Positions 37,453 to 49,569 of a DNA stretch of 64,000 nucleotides are shown in pieces. Each line of letters opens with the position of its first letter. Position 1 is the stretch's first letter. The notes under the pieces were generated by a model that had not been told where the DNA came from, made no database searches, and worked only from the letters and a program-made list of their open reading frames with translations. The translations under genes were made by a program, and so were the position numbers. The DNA is from Psammoneis japonica (taxonomy: Eukaryota). The stretch spans positions 220,840 through 284,839 of the forward strand of contig QPGO01000016.1 of the NCBI GenBank assembly GCA_008632985.1, in the 5' to 3' direction.

Positions 37453-38013
37453 ATGCCTTGCTTCCGGCAACAAGAAGATCCAACACCAACAAAATTTCTT
37501 GCATTTTGTCTCTGTTTCACAATTTTTGCAACCGTGGGTTCTTTTGTGGCCCTGGTATCGCTTCTCGGCAACCACCTTTTTGGCTGCTGGGAATACTGTG
37601 TAGGCGCTGACGATAGCATTAATGGCATTGCAATTACCCTCGCGGCACTTACATTCTTTTTTGGCACAGTCCTCTCTTGTGTTTGTGGTTGTGCCTTCTT
37701 GGGGGCTCCTCGTATGGACGGAGTAACACGCGAAGGAACCGTTGCTCTCATTGTCATATACATCGCGCTGGCGACGTTTCAATGCCTTAGCCTTGTCTTG
37801 TTTGCAGTGAAGGAAGACAGTGATATCGAGACAGGAAGTGTCCAAGCAAAATTCGTTGTCTTGGCAACAATCATGTGGCTCATCCCTGCAGCGTTGGTTC
37901 TTCTAGCGCAAATATGCACCAAAACCAATGCAGCTACAAGCATAGAAGAGGATGAGAACACACTCTCTTGTCACACCGAGGAGAACCTGGAAATAGATTC
38001 CGCAGTACTTTAA
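37453..38013 (+). CDS. Hypothetical 4-TM protein, copy 2 (intact)
   Basis: MPCFRQQEDPTPTKFLAFCL... with four TM helices. The duplication unit includes ~35030-35400, which resembles 37165-37450. Confidence 0.72.
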   Translation: MPCFRQQEDPTPTKFLAFCLCFTIFATVGSFVALVSLLGNHLFGCWEYCVGADDSINGIAITLAALTFFFGTVLSCVCGCAFLGAPRMDGVTREGTVALIVIYIALATFQCLSLVLFAVKEDSDIETGSVQAKFVVLATIMWLIPAALVLLAQICTKTNAATSIEEDENTLSCHTEENLEIDSAVL

Positions 38014-38374
38014 AATAGCTGAAACGACGTTTTGACTGTCGATTTGGCTGATGTCGGACACAAGAACCTCCTGTCGTTGCATCTCTGTCTTTCTGCAAGT
38101 CCTTCAAAACCCATGTTGTTTGACAACGAATGGAACGAATCATCAGCATCAAAACTATTTACCTGTACCAGTACCCGTACCCGTAAGCTATTAGTAACGG
38201 ATCTAGGTTTCAATCTTATTTTCATAGGGCCTAGAGAAGCAAAACGATCCCTAGTTCTTTTTTTTTTAATTATCACTAGATGGTGCGTTTGTGATAGCAT
38301 TGATAATGTGTCAAATGCAACAGCCAGGAAGAGTCCATACACAAAGTCACAAAGAAACGTATAGCTTTCGAATC

Positions 38375-39586
38375 TTAATGCAAGAGTCGTTGAAACAGCT
38401 CATAAAAGACAAAGAAAAATCCATTGGCTGGTACCTTGTGCAAGAGTCTTGGCACGCTTCCTCTCAAAAAGGCTTGCGGGCCACCCTCTTGCCACGTTTC
38501 TGCAAAGCAAGATTTTACGCTTCCTCCATATAAATGCGGATCCGTTTGTAGCCTCGTCTTGATGACATCCAGCGGGTTGGTCACATAGGATCCAATCCCG
38601 CCCGCCAAAGCACCGGCACCCATATCACACAGAGACGCATGACACCGTTCTTTCCAATAGGGCAAAAAGTGTATCCGAATGTATTCATAACTCAACAGCG
38701 TCACCATGGCGTAGGGGATATCCCGAATCATTTGAATCGAAACCGATCCCATTGGAAAGAACGCACCCGGTTGTTTGCTCATTTCTCGCAAGGCCACCAT
38801 GGTGGAGGGATATTGACCGGCTTGAAGCTTTTGCTTGACGACTTCGTAGGGGACACGCGAAAAACTCGCCACGGTGTTTCCAATCGCCGCAGACGCGGCA
38901 ATGCCCAGAGTGAAAACAGCCGTATCGGAAAGAATGGGATACTTTCCAGCAGGTCCAAAGATATTTTGTAGCGCAGGGCCAAGTGTGCGTTTGGAATAAG
39001 AATAAACGCCAAAGTACAAACCAACACTCGGCATGGAACCCAACACGGCAACACCCAAACCGGCCTGAAAAGCAACAGAAATACCCATGAGATTGAGAAG
39101 CTATGCATTAGTTTTTATCCATACCTTCTTCACACAGCACATAATTTTCTATAGATAACTTACATACAATTCCCAAAACCCATTAGGCCTCGACATGATG
39201 AACTTGGCCGCTTCCATAAAGCCCAGAGACGTTGCCGATGTAGCACGGTACTGTTGTTGCATGGTCTTGATGGTATCAAAGGGTGCCAAAATGGTTTTGG
39301 AACATGCCGCAGCCAAGGCTGACGCTAAACTGTTTCGTAGACCCTCCATGACGGGATTGCTCGTCGCAGCGGCTCCGCCACGAATGCTTAAAAGAGTATT
39401 GCATGTAGCAGCAGTAGATTTTGTGTGGGTTTTGTTGTTGCGTTGTATGCTTGGCGGCGGTGCCGTCACTTTTGTCGTCATTTTAATTCCATGACTGCAA
39501 CTTGTAGCCAATAGCAAGACAGTTATAAACAACAAGAACCACGTCCTTGACGGAGCAGCGGTTGCTCTGCTGCTGAGCTTCGTCAT
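38375..39586 (-). CDS. Mitochondrial carrier family protein (SAMC-like) with signal-peptide-like N-terminal extension
   Basis: Three PxDxxK signatures: PFDTIKTMQQ, PYEVVKQKLQ and PLDVIKTRLQ. Intron 39065-39163. Confidence 0.92.
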
Positions 39587-40266
39587 TGTCAAGGCAGCGG
39601 CTGAGGATTTTTTTTGTGTTGGGCTGAAAAATGCCGATTTTCGAGTGACGGTAGCCGCACGGACGGAGCTCGGCTCGATGAACTAACGAACGTCGAACCA
39701 AATACGAAGCGAAGTAAACTATGAAGGTAAGGGCCCTATGTCAAGCTGTCAATCATTGAGAGAAAAAAGCTCGTATTCATTAGTGTAGTCATGTTAAGGA
39801 ATGACACAATCGTGAGAAACAGTGTTGATTATAATCATCCTGTCGTTTATTGAAGACTAGTAGGGCCCTACAGTGCTGTTGTTTGCGGTAGAGGAGTCTA
39901 GCTAGCTAGGGCCCTAGTTTAGGATTCCTTAATTTTAAACGCCGCAATCGTGACAATAACAATCTTACTTTTCGTGCTTCGCTTCTCGTAGAATAGTACT
40001 GTTATTTTCGGCTAGAGTGAAGGAGTCCAGTGTTGGATCCCTTGACTTCGAAAAGCGAATTCCCCAAACTAGTTATTGTGAGCGGTTGACGCGAGTGGCT
40101 AAGGCGCGTTCCAACATAGTCGCCTTCAGGAAAGGAAAACAGTGATGACCTTGTGTAAACTGTATGCTACAAAACTACAGCTAAAATGATACGAGTACAT
40201 AGGAGCTAAATCCATTCTCTCAATCCTACCAAAACTATGTACATTTAGAGCGGTAGTACTCTCTTT

Positions 40267-40987
40267 CTAAAATCCCAAGTTCTCCAAAATACCTTTTCCG
40301 TTGACTAGCTCTTGCGCCATGAATCCGGCCGCGGCCAACATGGCCAAGCGTCCATTCTGAAGCTCCTTGGTCTGCATTTCTTCAAATTCGGCCGGGTCAC
40401 TTGGGGCAAGATTCAACGGGTCAAAGCCTAGATTACCCGGCACGTATTCGTCACGCATAAGTCCCTGTTGTCCAATCGGCACGTTACCGGGCGGTACGAA
40501 ACCCTCGTAGGCTCGATTAAATTCGGCGCCGGCCAAGAGACAGGCCAACAGAAAGACGGCCCAACCATTCTGGACGGGAACTTGGGGTAGGTGGCTAATT
40601 GCTGGACCCGTAATGCCCCATTTTCCTTCCACAGCTTCGCCCGTGACAAATCCCACCGTGGCCAACATGGCGACACGGCCGTGGACCAGCTCGGACTCTC
40701 GATAACGCTTCAAGACGGATTCGGGGGCGCTCTTGGAGAAGCCAAGAGGATCAAACAAACCAGTGGGACTGACAATTCCGGGAAAATCTTCAATGGAAGC
40801 AGCCTGTGGAAAAGTGAAACGCGAATAAAAACTACATTAATCGGGAGAGAACAACAGAGCATGAAAACAAATTTCGAATATTCCAACGTACCTCTAGAGA
40901 AGTAGCCGTTGTCGACTTGACTTGATGCGGAGCAAAGGCAGTGGCGGAGCCGACAAGGAGAAAGGATAGGGCGGCGGTAAACTTCAT
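40267..40987 (-). CDS. LHCX: Light-harvesting stress protein LHCX (LI818/LHCSR-like)
   Basis: MKFTAALSFLLVGSATAFAP presequence. Intron 40804-40891. FDPLGF, RESELVHGRVAMLA, ITGPAISHL and KELQNGRLAMLAAAGFMAQELV. Confidence 0.92.
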
Positions 40988-41220
40988 GGTGTTGCGTCGA
41001 CTTCAGAGAAAATTGTGAGCTACTCACTGTTTTTTGGAAGGCCCAAGGAAAGCACTGAGTCAAGGCAACGAGTGCCAGCGCAGCAGTGTCATCAGAACAA
41101 TCATCACAGGTACGAGGTTCGGTGTTTGAGTATGATGGGGACACCTTACAGCACTACTGTACTGTAAGCAAAATCGATTTTCGTTCGGCTTTTCGAAAAA
41201 AGATTTTCTCCCTCCGACAG

Positions 41221-41247
41221 TGACGTGGAAATGACGAAAAGTGACGC
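41221..41247. promoter_or_regulatory. Triple TGACG(T) cluster upstream of LHCX
   Basis: TGACGT (41221), TGACGA (41232) and TGACGC (41242), about 235-260 bp upstream of the ATG. Confidence 0.5.
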
Positions 41248-41349
41248 ACACAATAAATGCGTGTCTACATGTGTGAATACAAACGTACATACGCTAAGCA
41301 CCCGGATATTTCGTAGAAGACCACATGCTGACGCCGTGCAGACTTCGCC

Positions 41350-44300
41350 TCACTCCTTTCTTTCGTCAATGTTGACAATTGAGGAAGAATCGGGGTGTGG
41401 CAGTCTCTCTTGTCCCCAGTGGAAGGACACTGCATGGCAATTCCTCCTCAAAGTTTTGATGATTTGAGTGATGATGTTTCTTGCATTTCGATGACCCACC
41501 CACACATTTGCCTGTTGTCATTGTGTGCTGCCCCGACAGAGTGTGAATGTGTGCCCAAGACCTCACCAGCAGAGGTGCATGTCACCATCAACTCCTTTGT
41601 TGCCATGAGTGGTCAACAGCAATGGTTGTTCTGGTGGTTGGGAATGAACAACAAAGTTTTTCAAGTGCTTGAGATGCAGGTGGAAGCTGCTGGGGAGGCT
41701 GGAGATTTTTGTGACTGGCGGGGCGCTCATCCGACCAAACCAACACAAAAGAAGCTCTTCAAGTGATGTTGCAACCATCAGCATTCCATCACCAATGCAA
41801 CACCTGCCCAAGCCAGTCATCAGGGGGCACTCAAGCTGGTCGACCATCTGGGAAAACAGTGTGACAGCTGCTGCAGGGAGAGGCTCCTCAAACGTTTGGG
41901 GTTTGAGCCACGAAATGCACTCTCTGGATTTTGTTGCACCTGCAATTCAGCAGGAAAACCAATTGTTGGTGCACCGGACATGGAGCACATGGTCCCACAC
42001 TAGATGGACTCATGGCGATTGCCTCTGGCTTCGCTCATTCCCTTTTCTGGACATGCGTCACATGGCAGCTTGTGTCTGTTTGGGAGTCTGACAGGTCATG
42101 TCGCCCTTTCAATGCCTCCTCTGCATTGTTTGGGACACATGGCATCAATGCGTTACATTCGAGCACCTCAACTTGTCTTGTGGAAGAGCCCATTGGCCAC
42201 CAACCACTTCGACCATTTTTCAACGACTTTGTTTTTTTTTCTACGTGGGAGCCAGTGTTGTTTCCACGCAGCATCCAACCACGGCTGCGAATCGACTTGT
42301 GGCACTGCACCCTTTGATCCATCAAGGCTTTGCTGCTTTTTTTGCAGTGATTCATTGACAAGCATCCATTCTGTTGACATTGGCTGTTCTTTGCTCCGTT
42401 GCCGGTGGTTGTTGACACTCGCAAGCCTCACGAAGACTTGCCAGCCTTCATCCTCCGAATCGGATGTCTTCTGTGTGACCTCCAGCGCAAGTTCTGCGTG
42501 TTGATGCTGTTTTGTTCCAGCGAACTGTGATGCTCTGCACCAGTGATGACCTCTCCGGGACAGCTGATGATGATCCTGCCTCTCAGCCTTCCTCTCTCCA
42601 TCTTGTGCAATGTGCCAGCAGCTGTGGATGTGGTTCATGCCGGCCAATGCTCTCTGCAGACAAGCAGTCGGGAGCTCTTTTCTGTCACCCCGTGGCGCTG
42701 GCAGATTCTTTCCAACTGGCTCTGGAGCTGACAAAACCAGAGAATTTTGAGCTGCCTGATTGTGTCAATGCTTGGAACAGTCTCTGTCTGTGCACTTTCC
42801 TGTTTGCGAAGTTTTCAAGTCAGGATCCCAGGACGGTTCTAGAGGAGCTCTTGCCCCCTTGCTCTTTTGAGTCACTTCCTCACCTTCACTCACATGTTGA
42901 CCGGTGGTGGCATTTTCTGCTTGAACAGCTTGCCTCTCCCACTTCTGATCCCTTTGTCATCGATGTGGACATTGACAAAGCAGCTTCCAAGGTGGTGCAT
43001 GAGTCCATTTTGCCTGTGCAGCCCCCTGAGCAATGCCCTGATGCGGGTTGCCCGTGCAGCCCTGCTGCATCTTGTCGATCTGGTTCTCTCCCACTGAGAT
43101 CAATCAGGGCCTTTGCTTTCCCTTTGCATCCTTTTGATTGGGTTGACGGTTGTGTTTGCGATGCTCCTGCTTCTGGGAATGATGCTGACGTGTCTCTTTG
43201 TTTTGGAACAGACGCCACGTTGGATCCTTCCAAACTCCCCGACGACGACCCATTTTCCCCTGGATTGAAGTCTTTGCAGCCGCACCCCATCACACACACT
43301 GCACCGCCACTGCATTCCTTTGGTTGGATTGATGGACTTGGCTTTGAAGGTTCTTCCATTGCCCCGGCTGGCTTTTCTCTCAGGTTTGGTGCTGCCGCGA
43401 CTTTGGATCCATCCAAGCTTCCCGACGATGACCCAAACGAGGATGCCCCGCACCCCATCACATGGATGACCAACCTCTTCTTGGATGTCTTGACCCTTTC
43501 TGATGATGACCCAAGCCATCTTTCCTTGCTGTTTTGTTTTTCTGCTCCCTGGTTTGATGACCCAACATTGGATTTGTCGAAGCTGTCCGATGATGACCCT
43601 TGCTCTTCTTCTTCCAACTGGGGGAGGGTTTCTTACACTGCATTGCCTTGCAGCTGATTGTCCGGTGGACTGCGGCACAGCATTTGTGGGTGTGTTTTTC
43701 TGATGACAGCATCATTTGCTCCATTTGTGCGGCTCTTTTTTTTTTTGTGATCAAACCAATGCTTTGATCAGTGGAGGGTGTTGGCGCACCGGACATGGAG
43801 CACATGGTCCCACACTGGACAGACTCATGGTGATTGCCTCTGGCTTCACTCGTTCCCTTTTCTGGACATGCATCACATCGTAGCTTGTGTCTGTTTGGGA
43901 GTCTAACGCCAATGCCTCACCAAAGCATTTGAACCTGTTGCCAGAGCCAGCAGGACACTTTGAAGCACCATGATTTCTTGGCTGGGAGCTGCCTCAATGG
44001 CTGCATTGCCCCAGCACTTGTTGCATGTTTTGACATCTTCAGATTGGGTCCAGGCTCAATGGAGAGTAAAATGCAACCTGGTGGATGGCCAATTCTGCAA
44101 TTGATGCTTGGACATTTTGGTGAAAATCTGCCAAGTGTGAAAATGCCATGCTTTGGAGCTCATTTGGCCTTGACGATGATGGATGTCTCTGCCTGAGTGT
44201 GCACCTCATTTCCAGCCACCACGCAAACATCCAAGTGTGACCCACTTCTGCAAGATGACAGCACCCCTTTGATTGGCTTCTTTCCACAAAAAGACCTGAA

Positions 44301-45400
44301 AGCATCAAAGACACAAAGTCGAGCCCCAAAACGACAGAGCCTCTCAGAGCAACAACCATTGTGATGTGGTGCTGCCAGCCCTCGAATGACTCGCGGTTCT
44401 GATGTGCCAAAAAATGAGCAAAAGATGCTCTTTTTGGCCAGTGGAACTGCTCTGATTCTTTTTGTTTATGAAACAAGAGGCCAGAAAGCTTCACCCTGAC
44501 AATGACAAAGTCAAAAACAAAGAGTTTTGTGAGCAAAACAAAAGAAAATGTTGCAAAGCTTGCCCTCAAGTGCTCACCTCACAACACATGTTCTGGCATC
44601 TGACTCATGATTGGAAGCATCAAAAGGCACACTCTCACCCTAATTTGATGTTGCTTCTCTTCAGAACAATTTTGAAAAATCACTTGGCCCCAATCCACTG
44701 AAGTGCAAAAGTTCAAGCAACTGGAACTCCCACCCAGATTGGCCTCGACTTGTGGTGAGGGGGATGTTGCATGGGTCCTCCAGGTTTGCAAGCCAGAAAA
44801 GGAAAGAAAATGTGGCAGTTTCACAATGTCTCGTCAAGAAAAAACTCACGTTTGCCACCAGAATCAACGCGCTTTCATCATGGCCATGCCCACAAAAAAC
44901 TCCTTCGGCTCATTGCGCAAAATTTTGGAGAGTGATGAGACATCATGAGATGAGGTGATTTACACAGCGTTGTGGTGCAAAATGTGTGTGTGACATCAAC
45001 ATGCCAGGCCTGCGGCTGTGGTGCACCTCTTTCATGGGGTGCCTTTCAACATGTGTGGCGCAATTGCTGTCGGCCTTTTTGTTCCTGGGATGAAATCCAG
45101 TGACAGCTCTGCAGCTGTGGCTTTGGCAAACTCAGTGCTCCAAAGTTTGGGTGGACTGGATCACTCAACAGGCCACTCTTGCTTGCAAAAACTCAGGGGG
45201 GGGCTTCGTCCAGTGTTTCTGAAGACTCCTCTCAAGACCTCCATTGGCCGAGTTTCAACTTGTGTCACCAAACTTTGACGCGGCGCCTCCCACAGTTGTT
45301 GTTTGCCTCTTCTTTCAATTTTCAATGCATTGTCGTTTTCGATTTTCAATGCAACCGAATGCAACAATGATTGTGATGTTTCAGTTTTTGTGTTCACTCG
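41350..45400. mobile_element. Decayed repeat/TE block 6 with internal direct repeats
   Basis: CG/TA depleted. 128-bp direct repeat at 41964-42091 / 43779-43906. Four TTGGATCC..CCGACGATGACCC-type units at 43220-43600. Confidence 0.7.
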
Positions 45401-46037
45401 TCACTCGGGGATGGCATCCGTGACATCACGCGCACGCGACGGCGCGCGCCGCCTGGACTACGTTGACCAGTTCGGAGGACCAGGACGGCCGGCATCAATG
45501 GTGGGGAACGTCAAGACTGTCAATTCGGATCCCTTTCATTTTTGCATTTCAACTTCCCACAACATTTTAGCTTTACTTACTGTCAATCGATCATGTTGAT
45601 GCTTTAGAGCCATTTGAACGCTCTAATTCCACAGAACGCCAAGAAATCCAAAGCCAAACGCGCCTAAAAGGCTTGCTTGGGATCCAGCACGGACCGGATC
45701 GTGGCATTGGAAAATCGTTGTTTGTTCTCTGGGGCTGTGAGCATTGATCATCCCACCATGGTGTGCAGATGATCAGGCATTTAAGGCCGGTAAAGATTCC
45801 CACAGACAATTTAAAAGAAAAGATAGACACTACCGTACAACTGAACCTCATAACACCAGTAGTAGTCTATTTCAGTTGAACAACACAGGCAATACAGGTA
45901 TCTGCTAAACTATTACTATGGCTGCTACACACCCATCATCCTTGGGTGGATACGCTTACCAATCTTCTTTCGTGAGGCTTCATGAATGTGGCACAGAAAG
46001 AATGTAGTAGGATTCATGAATCATTCATGAGTCATGT

Positions 46038-47357
46038 CTATAAAGGAAAGATCTGACCACGAATCTCACCAGCATGATTCTCTTCAGAGTGCACGTTGAC
46101 GTAGATCTTGCGCTGTTGTATGGCTTCGAAGAGAGACGAGGGGCTGTCTATGACAACATCGCACACTCCGGTTCCGTCTGTAGAGCTGAGTTCAATTATC
46201 TTTCCCTTACTGATTCGTCCGTTCCTGGTCACACCACCAGGTCCTCCTACAGGGGCCACGTTGAACAAGAACGCAACGACAGGCCCATTTGCTCCCGCGG
46301 GGCCGCAGTGCAAGTGAGCCTGCGTAATCTTGCGTCCCTTGAAGACATCCAAGGTGTACCAGATGTTGGTGAACCTGTTGTCAAAGTAGAGTTGGACCCA
46401 CCCGCTCGTCCTGGACTCCACGGCAGGAACTTCTTGTGCGCCGCTAGCTCTTGCCAGAAAATGGTAGCAATTTCCTGTTTGGCAGCACTCTCCAAAGCAA
46501 TCTTTGACGACAAGTTCGCCGCACTTGGCACCATTGCAGCCGCCTGTGACAGTGAGTAGACGGGAACGAGGGCTCGATTGGGAGTCAGAAAGCCTGTCGA
46601 CGTGAGAATGGAAGAGACGCCGTCCCTCTTCGTTCGATGAGCCCCCACACCGGCCCCCTCCTCCCAAGGTCACGCACACGAGACGAGTGCCAGAACCAGT
46701 AGTCTCGAAGCAAACTCGGCCGGAGTCATTCTGTGCACCATCTGTGGAGAGTCCCACCATTGAGGATGACTGTTCTTCCTGACCATCTAGCGAGGAAAGA
46801 AGAAGCGAAACAGAAGTTCCGCGGCTCAGGTCTGTCCACATTTCAGCTACCGTCTCGATGGGAATGCAGCTGTACGACTCGCCAGTAGCCTCATCGATGG
46901 TAGAGTTGAATAGGACAGTAATGCCGACGCCCCTGGTAGCCACAACAATATCACCATCTGTAGTTACAAGCGTTCCATCAGCCTTGACCGTTGTGTCTTT
47001 GCTGAGAGATATGGCGAGGTACGTTGTTCCGATGTTTGCGACAGCCAGAACCACAACTAGAGACGCGAGAACTATCGCCCAGTTGCGTCTCTTCTTACTT
47101 TGCTCTTGCGTTCGTAGCAAATCCTGCGCTAAGCGTCGGACTTCGCGATCGTCGAGGTGACCATAATTGTTCTTGTCGCGGTTGCGCATTTCTTGCTCAA
47201 CTTCATCGAGGTATCCCTTGTTTCCCTTGTCGTATCTGGAGGAGACAGCGGAGAGATTCTGTTGTCCTCTTGTCTTTGTCGGCGTCGACTCGCTCACTCC
47301 GGCGTCGATGGGTGATCCGGTTTCCTCGTCCTCATGTCCAGGAGACTCCATTGTCAT
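46038..47357 (-). CDS. Membrane protein with EF-hand-like N-terminus and C-terminal CHRD domain
   Basis: YDKGNKGYLD..RDKNNYGHLD, then TM WAIVLASLVVVLAVANIG. CHRD motifs SGAQEVP, ITQAHLHCGPAGANGPVV and YVNVHSEENHAGEIRGQI. Confidence 0.85.
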   Translation of the reverse strand: MTMESPGHEDEETGSPIDAGVSESTPTKTRGQQNLSAVSSRYDKGNKGYLDEVEQEMRNRDKNNYGHLDDREVRRLAQDLLRTQEQSKKRRNWAIVLASLVVVLAVANIGTTYLAISLSKDTTVKADGTLVTTDGDIVVATRGVGITVLFNSTIDEATGESYSCIPIETVAEMWTDLSRGTSVSLLLSSLDGQEEQSSSMVGLSTDGAQNDSGRVCFETTGSGTRLVCVTLGGGGRCGGSSNEEGRRLFHSHVDRLSDSQSSPRSRLLTVTGGCNGAKCGELVVKDCFGECCQTGNCYHFLARASGAQEVPAVESRTSGWVQLYFDNRFTNIWYTLDVFKGRKITQAHLHCGPAGANGPVVAFLFNVAPVGGPGGVTRNGRISKGKIIELSSTDGTGVCDVVIDSPSSLFEAIQQRKIYVNVHSEENHAGEIRGQIFPL

Positions 47358-48159
47358 TATTTGCAGCCGTAGCTACTGGTGGCCATTTTACTTCTTCTTT
47401 TGGAGTGCAATGAGGGGTCACAAAGTCACAAAGAGGGCGGTGAAAGCATTACTTTTGGATTTTGTTTGACGTGAACCTACTATGTACAGTTCTATGTTCT
47501 ATTTTATTTTACAATGGTTGAAGACGTCAATGACTTATGACTGTGACCGCCATCAACGACTGAAACGATTGAACAACCAACGCGAACCCAATCAAAAATT
47601 TCGAGGTTCAAATCAAGAATGGAGCTCACTTTATTCTCGTTCTTACACTGACAAGAACTTCTTGTTCCTGTTAAGTCTTTGGCTCCAGCTCATCCATGTC
47701 ACCTTTGGCACATGTTCCTGTCACTTCTTGTTTCTTCACAATGATTGGCCTCCTTGTTGCTTGGCCTGTTCCAGCGAATGAATGCAGACACAGCATCGTG
47801 GCTGGTGTCACAATGCTCTTGCCCTTGTCTTTACGATGCACTCATTTCTGTGTAGCAGCTCCCACAAGTTTGCAAGCCAATCAGGCTTTCTTGTCCTGTG
47901 CTCCCCACACGTTCCATGCACTGACCAAGACAGACCACTCCGCCAGGATTTGCTCGATCCCCGCGAACCGACACAGCCACATCGACACAACTGTGTCTGT
48001 TCATCCACTCGAAACATCCTCTCATAGAGAGCCAAAACACAAACCCAATTTGCTGCCAGCCAATCTGGCTTGGGAGGTCACAAGGTGTGAGTGCGAGTTG
48101 CAAGCCCTGGACCTTGGCTGCAAAGGACCATCATCGCCGAAAGACAAATGAACATGGCT

Positions 48160-48678
48160 GCCAATGCTTTTCACCTGTCACAAACTTTGTCAACGGATCC
48201 ACCAAATTTGTCTCTGCATCTTCCTTTCCATCTCTCATCATTCTGGCTGCAACTGCCTCTCTCACTGTGCGACAATTGACTGCGTTGTGTGCTTCTTGTG
48301 CAGCGCAGATTCCGGAGTGCTGACATTCTTCACCACAACATGGTTGTCACAAAACACGCTCGCCGGTCCATCCAATGGTGCTCCAAACATGCACAACTTG
48401 TGATGCAAAGCAACAATCATGTCCTCACAGGTGCGCATTGCAACCAGTTCACTGCCAAATGCAGAAGACTCAACCGCATTCTGCCGTTTGCTGAACCACA
48501 TGATCGGAGAATTGTTCACAAAGACAACAACGCCAGAGTGTGACCTGTGCATGACAATGTTTCCGGCATGATTCACATCAATGAAAGCATGCACAGTTGC
48601 TGGGTTTCCACACAGCTTGGGCATCTCAGGCGGCAACTCTTCTTTGATGTTGCCATGGAATTTGACCCAACATGTCAA
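48160..48678 (-). mobile_element. Ty1/copia (CoDi-like) RNase H relic
   Basis: FIDVNHAGN..RSHSG..PIMWFSKRQNAVESSAFGSELVAM..VFCDN..KKH, then after a frameshift NAVNCRTVREAVAA..GKEDAETNLVDPLTK. Confidence 0.92.
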
Positions 48679-49569
48679 AAAAGGTGATTGTTAGACGGCG
48701 GGTGACGTTTGGGGAAAGAGGCACCCGGTGCAAACAAACAAACCTTTCTTGATTTCACACAAACAAAACAATGATTTGCACATCAATTTTTGCCGGCTCT
48801 CATCATCTGTGCACATCATTTGCTCTTTTGCATGACATTGCAGCCTCACTGAGCATTCAAAGATGTTTGCAAAACGCCCCTGCTTGTTGCTTGGCATGGC
48901 TTTGTTGATGAGAAATGACACCAAGAGGTTGCAAGAGTGGCGTGATGGGTGTTGTCATCCAAAAAAAATCTTGTGTTTGTCTGTGTGTGTGCAACTTGGC
49001 ACTTCTTCTTGTTCATGGAAGACCAACAGTGTGCAAAAAGTCACAGTCATTAGAACAGACTTTTTGCTGACTTTGACAGGTCATGCCAGTCAAAGTCACT
49101 TGCAGCGCTGCAGCTGGTCAAGAGCAATGATGAACAATCAGAAGTCAAAGTCAGGTACGCAGCAGTCAGTCACCTCTCATGGTGTTCAGTCAGCAAACTG
49201 ACTGACACTCAGCCAGCAAACTGACTGACACACATCACTTGTCAAGGCCATCTGAAACTTGTTTCTGCTCTGAACAAGAAGGAGTGTGAGTGAGCACAAT
49301 TCATTGTGCAAAACTTCCACAAGCTGTGTGGCAATTGCACAAAAATTGACTCAGGTCTTGTTTGTTGTCAAAATCAAGCTCAAAACAACCACGCCAATTT
49401 TGCTCTTTGTTTGTCGCACTGATCCAGCACATCCATTGTTGTCATTTGTCTTTTCAAACACAGTCATGTGGATGGTTGCACACCTTCAATTTCTTTGTTT
49501 TCTTGTCAAAATCTCATCCACAGTTGATGCACTTCTTGTTTCAAAGCCAGCTCCACCATTCTGTGGCAC

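Noticed and set aside
42512..43657. 381-aa ORF with LDPSKLPDDDP repeats as a live gene
   Set aside because: Lies inside a converted block and is nearly Tyr-free. It is probably a relic of a TE-borne ORF, and even its coding strand is ambiguous.
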